In this document: positions 12,869 to 24,404 of the stretch, one piece after another
Position numbering within the stretch: position 1 is the stretch's first letter
Layout: each line of letters starts with the position of its first letter
Origin: Fistulifera solaris
Lineage: Eukaryota
Assembly (NCBI GenBank): GCA_030295235.1
Contig: AP026164.1
Location: 1,612,001 to 1,676,000 of the forward strand
Direction: 5' to 3'
Length of the DNA: 64,000 nucleotides
Made by a program: the position numbers and the translations under genes
Notes under the pieces: generated by a model
What the model was told of the DNA's origin: nothing
The model's database searches: none
Seen by the model: the letters and a program-made list of their open reading frames with translations, nothing else

Positions 12869-13200
12869 AAAGTTGCGTTGTGGCGGCCAACGGAAACAAA
12901 ACGGCGGAGTTTTTCCGTAGGGTTGGTCGAAGGACGAACGGCTATATTGGATGACGAGTTCAACTAAAACGAACGGTGAACTTGAATGAAGAAGGAATGA
13001 CGACGACATACTTTGTCGGACTGGTACCTCATGTTCTTCAATCATCGCACCGGTTTAAAAGACGTGTTTGCACCGTTTAATAGCCGACATTAATAAAGAC
13101 TATGACAAGGATGGGGTCATTATTTTTGAATAATCCCTCAACTCAACATCATCAATATCTTCATTGCTGTTTTTCGTTACCAGTATATACAGAGAACAAC

Positions 13201-14853
13201 ATGTTCAATTCTACAGGACATCATCGACAACGCAATGCTCTGCCACGGACTCATTCGAGTGGCAGCGTCGATGTCGATGCTTCCCCCAAGCGAACAAAAC
13301 GAGTCCGACGACCTCCGCTTCCTCCTTCTCCTCCTCGCAACTCTCCGATCCTGTATTGGGTTTTAGGAATTGGTGCGACGCTCTGTATGCTGGAATTTTA
13401 TTATCTAGTGCAATACGTCGTTCCGCATGGCAAAGAGAATAAGAGGAAAATGGACAACCATAACAACAATCCGCAACCCAACTTCTTACGAGTCGTTCCC
13501 GATGTTGTACCTAAAGCAGAAGAGGAAATCGATGACGGTAACTTAATACCCGGGGACCATGAAGACTTAGATCAAACAATCCATAAACCCAAATCTATTT
13601 TTGGTGCTCCAGAACTCGACCACCCACTCGCATTGGATCATCCCATTTCTCCCCATCAACCAGGGCAGCATCCAGCGGAACCCGAAAATCCGGTCGCCGA
13701 CGAAGACTCCTCTCCGGATAGCACCGGAGAAGATGAAGAAGAAGAAGCAGCAGTAGAAGCATCTCCCAATACATCCGCACAACTCAATGTATCACTCAGT
13801 GCCGGCAAGGAACCACTCATTGCGTTATTGCGCGACGCGGGTGTCCAAGTCGATGACGAAATTGTCGAACGACTACCCACGTGGCAACAAGTTGCCGATT
13901 TATACGGGAGTGAACCCGTGATTTTTGGATTGGAGACTTGCCAGAAATTTCAAACCGAAAATGGTGATCCGGCCGATCATTTTGTGTCGACAGCCGGGAC
14001 CTTTAACACGGGCACGAACCTCATGGCCGAATTGTTGATTCACAATTGTCATATGCCCGCCAGGATGAAAAAGTACGGACATCGGAATCGCGGTGTGCGA
14101 TGGCAAGTGTTGTGGGAAAACATACTCCGGTGGGTGATGAAGACTTTCGTTTGCATCATCGGACGTATAACGATACGATGAATGCCGAAGACATTTTCCC
14201 CGCGGTGACGGTCCGAGATCCTTTCAAGTGGATGCAGTCGGTACGTAGCACCTGCGCGAGAAAAAGCAATTGGTTTTGAGGGGAAAGGATAGTCACTCAC
14301 GCACAGATATTACGCAATATTCGACAAAATCCAGATGTGCCGTCACAAATACGCCGCCCATTGGCATCACGATGACGCTCATTGTCCGAGTTTAATTCCC
14401 AACGCGGCCGACATTGCCAAATATCACCATCTAAGATCCGAAGAAACAATTCCCGTCCTTGTTCGGTACAAAGAATTCGACAAACACCATACCAGTATGG
14501 TCGATTTTTGGAACACTTGGTATCAAGAATACGTGCAAGCCCCGTTTCCGCGTTTGATTGTTCGTTTCGAGGACATTATCTTTCATCCCGTTGAAGTGAC
14601 CAAGATCGCTTGTGAATGCGCGGGAGGTCAATTGAACGACGGGAAATTTCGCTATCAGGTCGAATCCGCAAAACGGGGTACCGCACACGGGAAACAAAAG
14701 ACTTCGTACGTGGATTCCTTGATCCAATACGGCAGTGAACAGGGACGGTACGATGGCTATTCGGCCGAGGATTTAAAATTTGCGCAACAACATCTGGATC
14801 CGGAACTGATGAAATTGTTTGGTTACAAACTGGCACCCACTAATCTTTCGTAA
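13201..14853 (+). CDS. Type II membrane sulfotransferase-like protein (intron 14241-14334; apparent G-run frameshift near 14115)
   Basis: N-terminal TM anchor and acidic stem. AGTFNTGTN (5'-PSB-like), WGKH, VRDPFKWMQS (3'-PB-like) and IVRFED motifs. Confidence 0.6.
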
Positions 14854-15136
14854 CAGCCTACTAGCCTCGTTGACTCGACTTTGGTGCCAATCATTCCAAT
14901 TTTTTCACGACTGGAAATTCATCACACTAGCCTTGCGTCTGTCCGTATATATGATGAAAGCGACAACGGAGTAGTCTGCGTATGCAGTATACTCTTTACG
15001 AGATACAAGGAACACTCCAAGCAACGACAGTCATCCGATCCGACCAACATATACTTGTAATTATTTAACAAGCAAATCATTCCCTTAAAAGCAATCCAAT
15101 TTAATTTTGCACTTTTTCAAATTAAATCACACAAAC

Positions 15137-16510
15137 ATGTCGTTTGCTCCACGTGGCAGTGGACGATACAGCGACAACAATTACCGCGGAGGAGGAGGAG
15201 GCGGAGATAACAACTATCGCGGCGGTGGCAGCAATTATCGCGGCGGCGGACGCTCGAGTTCACGCGGTGGACGCCATTCCTCCCGGGGCAGTGGCGGCCG
15301 AGGACGTAGTTCGGGACGATTTCCACCGAATACTCCCGGAAAAGTGTCACAAACAGCATTGTTTTGGCCTTGCTTGCATTTCACGCAAACGGGTAATTGT
15401 CGAGATGGCGACAATTGTACCTTTTCTCATGTTGTGCAATTATTTGGGAATGTGGATGCAGCTGGGGCACCTCTGAAACCACAACCAAAACAGCCTTCGG
15501 GTCAATTTACGGACAACACCAATACGAAAGGGTCCGTTTCTTCCATCGCAATTTGGGAAGATCAAGGCATCAAAATTTTTACGGGAGGATCGGATGGCTT
15601 TTGGCGTTTGTGGAACACGGCTGGAGGGCAATTCCAGCAATCCTTTGAAAGCAACATGAACGGAAAAGTGAATTGTCTTGCAGTTGTCAACAACTTTTTG
15701 TTTTGTGGCTTTGAGGCGGTCACACGCGCTTTTCCCATGGCATCCACGGGCTTGGTTCACGCGTGGAACTTGCAATCCCCCAACAATCCCCCCGTGGAAT
15801 TCCAATTGCATCCTAATCTGGTCCCTTATGCGCACAACACGGCAGTTTCCTGTCTCGCCGTCGATCCTACTACTATGCAAGTCGTTTCGGGCTCACAGGA
15901 TGGTGCCATTCGTGTCTGGAAACTCGACACTGCCAACAACACGTTTGGAGTCAGTCAACGCTTGGACGGACACGCTCGACAAATCACCGGCCTGGTGCCG
16001 TTGCCTCAACAAGACTTGCTGTGGAGCAGCGGTATTGACGGTTGCATTCGTATTTGGAAATTAAGTACGGGTGAATGTCAATTCAGTATCACCGCCGGCG
16101 GACACACGCACGCCGTGACCGGCCTGCAATTGTTTCAAAGCACCGCCGGAAGTTTCATTTTGAGTTGTTCGCTGGATAGTACCATCAAAGCGTGGAACGC
16201 CTCGACGGGCGAATGTGTCATGTCCGAAAGTCACGACGAAGGCATCACCTGCATGACCATTGGTGCCAATCAACAGGGTCAACCACTGTTGTTGATTGGA
16301 TTGGAGAGTGGGATTATTCAATGCCGCAACTTGGTGCAAACACCCAAAGTGAATGCGTTTGCGCTGTTGTGGACGCTGGATGCAAATTTTTCTGTCTCTC
16401 ATGGCGCAGCGGTTCGTTCCGTTACGAGTGGTCCATCGGGGACCTTTTATACAGGAGGTGACGATGGGAAAATGTTGGTATGGCAAATAGGTGATATGAA
16501 ATTGACGTAA
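15137..16510 (+). CDS. RGG-rich / CCCH zinc finger / WD40 protein (ZFWD-like)
   Basis: N-terminal YRGGG repeats, CLHFTQTGNCRDGDNCTFSH (C-x8-C-x5-C-x3-H) and multiple GH...W WD40 repeats. Confidence 0.85.
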   Translation: MSFAPRGSGRYSDNNYRGGGGGGDNNYRGGGSNYRGGGRSSSRGGRHSSRGSGGRGRSSGRFPPNTPGKVSQTALFWPCLHFTQTGNCRDGDNCTFSHVVQLFGNVDAAGAPLKPQPKQPSGQFTDNTNTKGSVSSIAIWEDQGIKIFTGGSDGFWRLWNTAGGQFQQSFESNMNGKVNCLAVVNNFLFCGFEAVTRAFPMASTGLVHAWNLQSPNNPPVEFQLHPNLVPYAHNTAVSCLAVDPTTMQVVSGSQDGAIRVWKLDTANNTFGVSQRLDGHARQITGLVPLPQQDLLWSSGIDGCIRIWKLSTGECQFSITAGGHTHAVTGLQLFQSTAGSFILSCSLDSTIKAWNASTGECVMSESHDEGITCMTIGANQQGQPLLLIGLESGIIQCRNLVQTPKVNAFALLWTLDANFSVSHGAAVRSVTSGPSGTFYTGGDDGKMLVWQIGDMKLT

Positions 16511-16593
16511 TATACTAAGATTAAAAAATTTGAAAAGAGTCATTATAAAAAATCGTTTTGATGCGACCTATTTTTGATTTCGTCGGCACCTCT

Positions 16594-17574
16594 CTAGTTA
16601 TCAGTCTGGCCGGATAAAACAACCTCCCGAAGATCCCGCAAACATTGCAAACTCGTTTCGAGTGGCATCCCATCCACTGTCATTTCCACTTGTCCCGAGA
16701 CTCCATCGCGACAACCTTGTTGAATGCAGCGTTGCAGCAACTCAACTTCTTGTTCCGGTGTCGGCACACAATCGATCCCAGCCAAAAGTCCTGTCGCTGC
16801 GGCGAGGGCATAAGCACCCCAATTGGAAACACTGGCCGCAATCAAGTAGTCCGCTGGTACGATACATGCTACCGAATTCAATATTTGTGGCGTCGCATGA
16901 ATTTGTGACAAGACTTTCCCCATACCCATTTCGTTACCCCCATCTCCAATGGCAATGAATGGAACATTCCTTGCTTGCACTTCATGTACCAAATGGTGCA
17001 GTGGTGCTACCAGTCCTTCCATATCGATCCCCCGCATCGTGTAGCACTTTCCATCTACCGCTGGTCCGGCACGTTCACACGCCAAGAGCAAATCGCATTT
17101 CGACGCCAGTGTGGCGAGTCTTTGATCATCTTCCCGCGTCATGCTGGCTGGGAAACACTCCAAAACAACCGATGGTAAATGTTGTAAAGCCGCACGAAAG
17201 ACGTTTTCATTGCATTCATCTGTGACGACCGTCGTCCGACAACCCAATGCCTGGGCCGTTTGGGCCAACGCCGCGGTCCCCGGAGGACCGTCCGTTTCGG
17301 TGGGTGGTGTGTGCTGCACACAACAGGGAAATCCACTGAGTATGACAACGTGTTGAGAGGGTTTCATGTGCGCAAAGCACTCCGCAGCATGCTGCAAATC
17401 GTCCGGTACAATGAGAGCTTCCATGCCGCGGTGGCCGGCGTCGGTGCCGATGATGGTTTGCAGTTTCTGTATATGTTGACGATGCCTTGCAGATGACATG
17501 ATGACCAATGAAGATGCTGCTTGAAAGGATAAGATAGCGATAACAATGAAAAATCGTCGAAGAATTGAAAGCAT
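16594..17574 (-). CDS. D-glutamate cyclase-like (DUF4392) protein with N-terminal signal peptide
   Basis: ETDGPPG, ERAG, IGDGGNEMGMG and ASVSNWG motifs. Confidence 0.8.
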   Translation of the reverse strand: MLSILRRFFIVIAILSFQAASSLVIMSSARHRQHIQKLQTIIGTDAGHRGMEALIVPDDLQHAAECFAHMKPSQHVVILSGFPCCVQHTPPTETDGPPGTAALAQTAQALGCRTTVVTDECNENVFRAALQHLPSVVLECFPASMTREDDQRLATLASKCDLLLACERAGPAVDGKCYTMRGIDMEGLVAPLHHLVHEVQARNVPFIAIGDGGNEMGMGKVLSQIHATPQILNSVACIVPADYLIAASVSNWGAYALAAATGLLAGIDCVPTPEQEVELLQRCIQQGCRDGVSGQVEMTVDGMPLETSLQCLRDLREVVLSGQTDN

Positions 17575-17996
17575 GATGAAACGCAAGAAGATAATGCTTT
17601 TTATGAACGCCAATACCAGTAACAAAGAAAAAAAAAACAAAAAAAGTTTCGAAGATCTTCTCACAAATTTCCGGGACTGGGATCTCGTGAGTCGTAGAAG
17701 AAAGGGAGCCTAATTAAATTATTTAGTACGGAGTGATGAATAACCAAAGATTTGTATGCAAGAAAGTGTTCATTCTGACACCCGTTTGCCTTCAAATACC
17801 AGGGCATTGCGTTCTTTCTTAACACTCTGTCTCATTTCCGAGGATCGTTCCGAAACTATTCACAAGGCTTTTATATCTCTTCATTGCTGTTCAAACCAAG
17901 TGAAATAATCATGTGTAAAGCAAAATGACGGCGGCACGAATGGAGTGGAGGCTTTGCCTCCGCGACCCTTATTTTCTTCATTTTCCGTGAACAAGG

Positions 17997-19491
17997 ATGA
18001 TGTTGCTTTGGAAAAGTGTTGTGCTCTGCTGGTGGGTAGCCGGATCGCATGCCATGAACACCTATGGCGTGCATTCGCGAGGTACCGGTGCGGGAGTGAA
18101 ACCCGTGATCTTTCCGACGTATGGTCCCATTCCAACGAAAGCGCCCAGTCTTAGCACGACGGATGTTCCTACCCCGAAAGCACCTACGGATCCAGCACCA
18201 AGTTTGATTAGTCAGACCCCAGCGCCTTTGCCGAAAGTATCGACGCATCCAGCACCAAGTCTTATGGTGCAGACACCGGCTCCTACCCTCGGAGCACCGA
18301 TGCATCCACCATCAAGTCCTGCTACACAGACGCCATCCTCTACCCCGATAGTCTCGACAGATCCTTCGATGTTAAGCGATTCTCCTACGATCCTTCTCCC
18401 GGACGAAATCACCTCTCCTCCTGCTTTGGAACCGACGACTGTTTCGGAGTGCTTGGCCCGAGCGCGCAATGAAACCGATCTCGCTCGCTTGGCCTTTCTC
18501 ATCAACTTGACTCTGGATCTTTCGGACGACGTTCTCACATTCGTGATGCGTTTGAGAGACTTTTTGCAAACGTTCCTGGCGACCGCTTTGTTGGGATGTG
18601 GTCTACGCCGTCCTGTGCTGCCGATTCGAGACGTTCAATTCGATCTCTCTATCAAGAATACGACATCAGGTACGTAATAGCTTGCTTTATTTCCTTATTG
18701 CTCCTGCCTCTGTCTCATTTTTGATTGTTCTAGACACTTCGTGTACCAACTGCACCGAAATTGCGATTCAAGTTGATATTTATTACGAAGATGGATGGAA
18801 TGTATCTGGCATTGACAAGTATCTCTTTGAAACATTGGCGTTGCATTGCTCGCGCATTGCGACGCTTGCCGGAATAGAAAAAATTTCGGACGGGTGTCGT
18901 TTCATGAGTATTTTGGGGCCGGATGGTACTTGGAAGTTCTTGGAAAATTTGCTGAATCCACCCCAAGGAACGACGGAGAACGATCTCGTCGTCGAGAAGG
19001 ACAGTATTTCGCCGTTGGGTGTCACGGCACTTTCTCTCAGCGTCTTGGCGATCGCTGTGGGCGTCATCTTCGCCATGAGACGCCGAAATCATGGCGAAGA
19101 ACTCGAAAAAGACGATGCCTGCGTGAAAGATGTGGAGCATGGGAGTGATGATACAGGATCGTTGGATCACTCTCCGGAAGGAAAATGCGAGCCGAGTGCT
19201 TCTATGGCGGACTTGAAAGGCTGCTCGGAACTAAGCGCTATCACCGGCTCTCAGTTGCGTTTTGTCACTGTGATTGAAGAATCCGATTCGGTCGACAGTA
19301 ACTGGAGTGGTGTTAGCAGTAAGCAACGTAGTCTTGCATCGTTTCACAGAGGTTTGACCGGCTCGGCGCTTTCGGATCCCAAATTTATCACCCTTTGTCA
19401 CCCCAGACGGATAGCAACACCCACATCTCGGAAAGTACGGGTCGATCTTCGGTTCGAACGCATCGGTCCCCCTGACACGGTTAGTCTTTGA
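17997..19491 (+). CDS. Hypothetical single-pass membrane protein with Pro/Thr-rich stalk (intron 18670-18733)
   Basis: Signal peptide, PTxAP repeats, and TM LGVTALSLSVLAIAVGVIFAM followed by RRR. The GT-AG intron joins two ORFs. Confidence 0.65.
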
Positions 19492-19828
19492 GACCTTTTT
19501 CTTTCTTGAATGAGGCGATGCGTTACTTGCGAATTTAAGTTTGGCTATAAGCGCTATAGTTTGACTCGACTTTTTCTCCTTTCTATTTGAGTTCTCCGGT
19601 TCTCCGCAAGCCATAGCATGACCGCCTGTCTGTGTACCGTTCATGACACGCTTAGGTGACGCAAGGATGACGTACCATCGCGAGCATCACTCTCCCCACG
19701 TTGCATGCAAGCGTACACATTGGTCCAGACTCCAATCCCAGGTAACGATTTCAACGCGAAAAGGCACGGGGAAAGATTGCGGCGGCCATCGGAAGGTTAC
19801 TACAACGTGTTGTGTTGAAAAAACAACC

Positions 19829-21817
19829 ATGGTGCTTCGTACCGCTCTTCTTGCCGCTTCGAGGCGACTTGCCTCTTCCACTGCCGTCAAGGTATGTATC
19901 GAAAGAATTTGAATGAATGTTGTGGCGAAACACGTCGAGGAGTAATAAAAAGAGACGCAAATCGGTGCTGCGGTTCGGTCCTCCGTTGAGTCATTTCTCC
20001 ATCCTTTCAAGCGGCGATCGGCTGATTCTTTTTGCAAAGTAGCACATTATTTTACTGCTATTACAATTATATGGAAAAGATATGTTGCAGCGCATGAATT
20101 GCACGTAAATCCCATGGTCTTGGAGATACCAGCGGTCGCCGATGCGGCAAGTTGGTGACTTGTTGCGCGAAAGATTCCGGATTCCGTCGTATTCATTCGC
20201 TTTTGTTGCTTCTTTCCGAAAAAAAATACCAGCAACTCACCCTTGTTTTCATTTTCATCAGGCTTCCCGTCCGACTCTTGCCTCGTCTCGTGGTCTTGCC
20301 ACCCAAACACTGGAGCTATCCACTTACCTCGAGAGCAAGATTGGAGGTGTTGGAGGTGCTGAGGAAAAGAAATATGCCGAAACCGGAGCAGTCATCTCTG
20401 TAGGAGACGGTATCGCTCGTGTTTATGGTCTTTCGAATGTACAGGCCGGAGAGATGGTGGTATTTTCCGCCGGACTTCGTGGTATGGCTCTGAACTTGGA
20501 AGAAGACAACGTCGGTGTGGTCATTTTCGGTGATGATCGTGAAATTTTGGAAGGAGATACTGTCAAGCGTACAGGTGCCATTGTCGACGTTCCGGTAGGT
20601 CCGGAGCTCTTGGGACGTGTCGTGGACGGCATCGGACAGCCCATTGATGGAGGAGCTAGTCTGGACAAGTGCAAGCGTTCGCGAGCCGAAGTTAAAGCCC
20701 CGGCATCATCCCCCGTGAGTCTGTGAAGGAACCCATGCTTACCGGCTTGAAGGCCGTCGATGCCCTCATCCCCATTGGTCGTGGTCAGCGTGAATTGATC
20801 ATTGGTGATCGTCAGACTGGCAAGACCGCCATTGCCATTGATACCATCATCAACCAGAAGACCAAAAAGGAACCCTTGGCTTGCATTTACGTCGGTGTCG
20901 GACAAAAGCGTTCTACCATTGCTCAACTTGTTGGACAGCTGGAGGAGCGTGAGGCCATGGACAACTGCATTGTTGTGGCCGCCACTGCCTCCGACTCTGC
21001 TCCCCTTCAGTTTTTGGCCCCTTACACTGGATGCGCCATGGGCGAATATTTCCGCGATAGCGGCAAACACGCTGTGATCTTTTATGATGATCTTTCCAAG
21101 CAGGCTGTTGCTTACCGTCAAATGTCTTTGCTTCTCCGTCGTCCTCCGGGTCGTGAGGCTTACCCTGGAGACGTTTTCTATTTGCACTCTCGTCTTTTGG
21201 AACGTGCTGCCAAGATGCACACTACCAACGGAGGAGGTTCCTTGACCGCTTTGCCTGTCATTGAGACTCAGGCTGGTGATGTGTCCGCTTACATCCCTAC
21301 CAATGTGATTTCCATTACCGATGGACAGATTTTCCTCGAGTCCGAACTCTTCTACCAGGGTCAGCGCCCCGCCATCTCCGTCGGTCTTTCGGTAAGCCGT
21401 GTCGGTTCCGCTGCCCAGTACAAGGCCACCAAGGCCGTTGCCGGTACCATGAAGCTCGAGTTGGCTCAGTACCGTGAAGTCGCTGCCTTTGCCAAATTCG
21501 GATCGGATCTTGACCCCGCCACGCAACAGCAGCTCAACCGTGGTGTCCGTCTGTACGAACTTTTGAAACAGGGACAATACCAGCCTTACGAACCCGAAGA
21601 AGTCGTTGCTTCTCTCTTCATTGGTGTCAAGGGATATTGCGATCGCATTGACGTGGAGCACGTTCAAGCGTTCGAAGCTGCTTTCTTGAAACACATGAAG
21701 GGTGCTCATGCCGGACTATTGAAAGAGATTGTCGACTCGGGATACAAGTTTGACAAGCCCATTGAAGAGAAGATGCACGCCATTGCTGAGGCTTTCACAA
21801 CTGGATTTACGCCCTAA
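19829..21817 (+). CDS. atp1: Mitochondrial F1 ATP synthase subunit alpha, nuclear-encoded (exon 1 19829-19891, intron 19892-20261; apparent C-run frameshift near 20700)
   Basis: Presequence [17 protein letters not shown], then [19 protein letters not shown] (Walker A) and [24 protein letters not shown] is restored by adding one C. Confidence 0.95.
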
Positions 21818-21944
21818 ACTAGAGAAGGCTTCAATTGATAGCGGAGTGCTTAGTCTTACAATTTTGTTCTAGTCTAGTTGTATGTGCACTTCTATGGCCA
21901 CTGTCATGAAACTATGGTGATACTCTGAAAAAGTTCATGGTCAC

Positions 21945-23498
21945 TTAACTTTCTCCCTCGATCTCTTTTTCAGACATATCTCCAACTTCATCCAGCAATC
22001 CAATAAAGGGAAGGGGGAAGATCGAGCTCAAGCTACAAAGGAAGATGAGAGGAGCTAAATTGGTAAAGTCGTTTTCCGTCACTCCAAAGACTTTGGTCAG
22101 CAGCGCACCAATTTCGGTTCCTGCCGTTCCTGCTCCGTTGAAGATGGACATCAATGTCGCAAACAGGACCGCTTCGACTCCCGGCGGGCAGAGCCGTGCC
22201 GCTAGGACGAGCGTCGGAAGAAACGCCATTTCACCCAAGGCCGCCAAGATGACATCATCTCCGTATATGAGTGCAGTATCCGGAATGCCAAGTTCACGAT
22301 TGACGTGTGTGACCAGTAAAATTGGTATCAATCCCAAGGGGAAGGACGCGACCGATGACCAAAAAAGAATGTCTTTGATTTTGACTGTTTTCAAGTACTG
22401 ATTGTACAACCAAACACCTACGAGACTCGCAGCAGCTGTCACAAGACGGACTCGTCCCAAAAATTCGGGTCCTAAACCCAAGTCATTGGAAAGAAAAAAG
22501 AAAAAGGCTCCATCCGCTGTTGGAGTTGCTTGCCATAAAAAGAGAAACAAAGCGGGTCTCCAGATTGCTTTTTGACTCAATGCTCCCCACAACGCGTCCA
22601 CTTGAACCTTGACGCCTCGTATGAAATTATCTTTTTGCACACTTGGCTCCACGCGCTTATCTTCTACCCCGAAGGCAATGAGAGCCACCAAGAATGGAAG
22701 TACTGCCGTAAGGGCAAAGACTTGTCGTACCGTCATAACTTCCAATAACGACCCCGAAAAATACGCCGAAATCAATCCACCCGTCGCCGCGGAACCCCAA
22801 CACAGCGACTGTAGACCTCCTGCAATTGCTGGATCATTGGATTCACGTGTTTTGGCTACCACAATCCCATCTGCCACGACATCAGCCATAGCAATACAGC
22901 CCGATGCCACCAACAATGCGACCAAGGTCCCTGTAATCGAAGTCGATGAGGGAAGACCTTCCCAAAATCCACTGAATCCCAAAATAGTATAAGCCGATCC
23001 TCCCAAAAGACCCGCCAGTATCAAATACGATTTTCGGCGGAACCCCAACAGAGGAAAGCCATCACTCAAAAATCCATAGATGGGTTTAATCGTCCACGGC
23101 AGCACAAACAATCCCGAGAGTGCCGACAATTCGGCCGGTCCTAGATGTAATTCATCTTTTAGTAGATATGATTGTGCCAAGCGTGCGAGGCCCAGCGCTC
23201 CTTCGACAAAATAAATGGTAGCAATCGCGACAATTTCGGGGGTGATGGTCATGCCAAGAATATGGAACGAGTTTGGTTCCGTAGACTGTAGTATCACGTC
23301 GGCTGTGCTCGTGGTACTACTGTCTTTTAAGTCACTGGAAACGTCGATGAGAGATGTCGTGGATGATGATTCTTCGGATGATTGCAGAAAGAGACGACGA
23401 GGAAGACGATCGAGTCGTCCTCGGTGTGTGATGGGTACCAACGAATGGGCCAGTTTTACGGATGAGATCGCCGCAATCAGCATGAGTTTACGACGCAT
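21945..23498 (-). CDS. Folate-biopterin transporter (BT1/FBT, MFS), probably plastid
   Basis: LPWTIKPIYGFLSD, GFRRKSY, AGGLQSLCW and ARLCPPGVEAVLFATLMS. Signal peptide plus Ser/Thr-rich transit-like region. Confidence 0.9.
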   Translation of the reverse strand: MRRKLMLIAAISSVKLAHSLVPITHRGRLDRLPRRLFLQSSEESSSTTSLIDVSSDLKDSSTTSTADVILQSTEPNSFHILGMTITPEIVAIATIYFVEGALGLARLAQSYLLKDELHLGPAELSALSGLFVLPWTIKPIYGFLSDGFPLLGFRRKSYLILAGLLGGSAYTILGFSGFWEGLPSSTSITGTLVALLVASGCIAMADVVADGIVVAKTRESNDPAIAGGLQSLCWGSAATGGLISAYFSGSLLEVMTVRQVFALTAVLPFLVALIAFGVEDKRVEPSVQKDNFIRGVKVQVDALWGALSQKAIWRPALFLFLWQATPTADGAFFFFLSNDLGLGPEFLGRVRLVTAAASLVGVWLYNQYLKTVKIKDILFWSSVASFPLGLIPILLVTHVNRELGIPDTALIYGDDVILAALGEMAFLPTLVLAARLCPPGVEAVLFATLMSIFNGAGTAGTEIGALLTKVFGVTENDFTNLAPLIFLCSLSSIFPLPFIGLLDEVGDMSEKEIEGES

Positions 23499-23841
23499 TG
23501 TGATAGTATTCTTTGTGCACTTCTTCCTAAGGTTACTTTCTTTTTTCAGTAATGTTTCCACTTTTGGAAGGTTCGTATCATTCTCCATCGAGTGAATTTT
23601 TTTTGTTGCATTCGAAAAAAATCATCGACGACGATCGCGTTTTTTCCTTAAAACGGGATCTAGTCTTTCCGGTACTCACTTCTTGTACTAGCGGAAGCTG
23701 ACGTCATTAACTTCCTTGCAGTTTCTGTGTTTTTTCCTTTTTTCCGCTCGAACACACCCATTTCATCAATTCTAAGTAGTAGACGTACAAGTACCTGGTA
23801 TTATTTATTTCTTTTCCTGCACCCCTCATATTCGTTCTACC

Positions 23842-24288
23842 ATGACAAAACTACAGAGCCTACTTTTGATTGTGAGTTTTTTCTTCGAACACAACCAGGC
23901 GTGGGTCCTTCCCTCGACCTTCCGACGATCGACGACGCGATTGTCCGTCGTCGAAAGTGTCTCGGTCGAATCTTTGGTCGACCACGAAACCGTCGGTACG
24001 GAATTGTCGGGATCGATCCAACGGTGGCTCGATGCCGAATGGATGCCACAAGACGTCCACAGACAAATGGGAGAATCGTGCAAATTGTCGTATCTCAAAT
24101 GTCGTCAAACGGGAGAACATGATTTGATGACGATCATGACGACAGTGGTCGGTGACTTGGAAGAAAAATGGCAAGAGTACGACAAAGATGCCTTTGTGGG
24201 GCCTTGGGATATTACGAATTATGTATCGGACTTTTTGACGGAACGGGCTGGTTTAGAACGATGCTCGTGTTCGTCTCAAATCTATTAG
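23842..24288 (+). CDS. Conserved-hypothetical-type small protein, probably plastid
   Basis: Signal peptide ending in AW, transit-like segment, and a compact domain (WLDAEWMPQDVH, DAFVGPWDITNYVSD). Confidence 0.6.
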   Translation: MTKLQSLLLIVSFFFEHNQAWVLPSTFRRSTTRLSVVESVSVESLVDHETVGTELSGSIQRWLDAEWMPQDVHRQMGESCKLSYLKCRQTGEHDLMTIMTTVVGDLEEKWQEYDKDAFVGPWDITNYVSDFLTERAGLERCSCSSQIY

Positions 24289-24404
24289 AATGAATAATTA
24301 ATTGTTCTATTTGCGATACTGTCAAAACGTATCCATAAACAGTGTGCCTCACGGCTCGTAAACTCTTTTTTTCTACATCTTAGAATTGATGCATATTTAA
24401 GGTT

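Noticed and set aside
10055..17685. Shared GGGAC(T)TGGGAT-like motif near 10062, near 17672 and (reverse) near 49035
   Set aside because: Only three short imperfect matches; cannot be told from chance without statistics.
20423..21709. 428-aa antisense ORF over atp1, and similar antisense ORFs over clathrin
   Set aside because: Shadow ORFs produced by the codon bias of highly expressed genes; no recognisable motifs.
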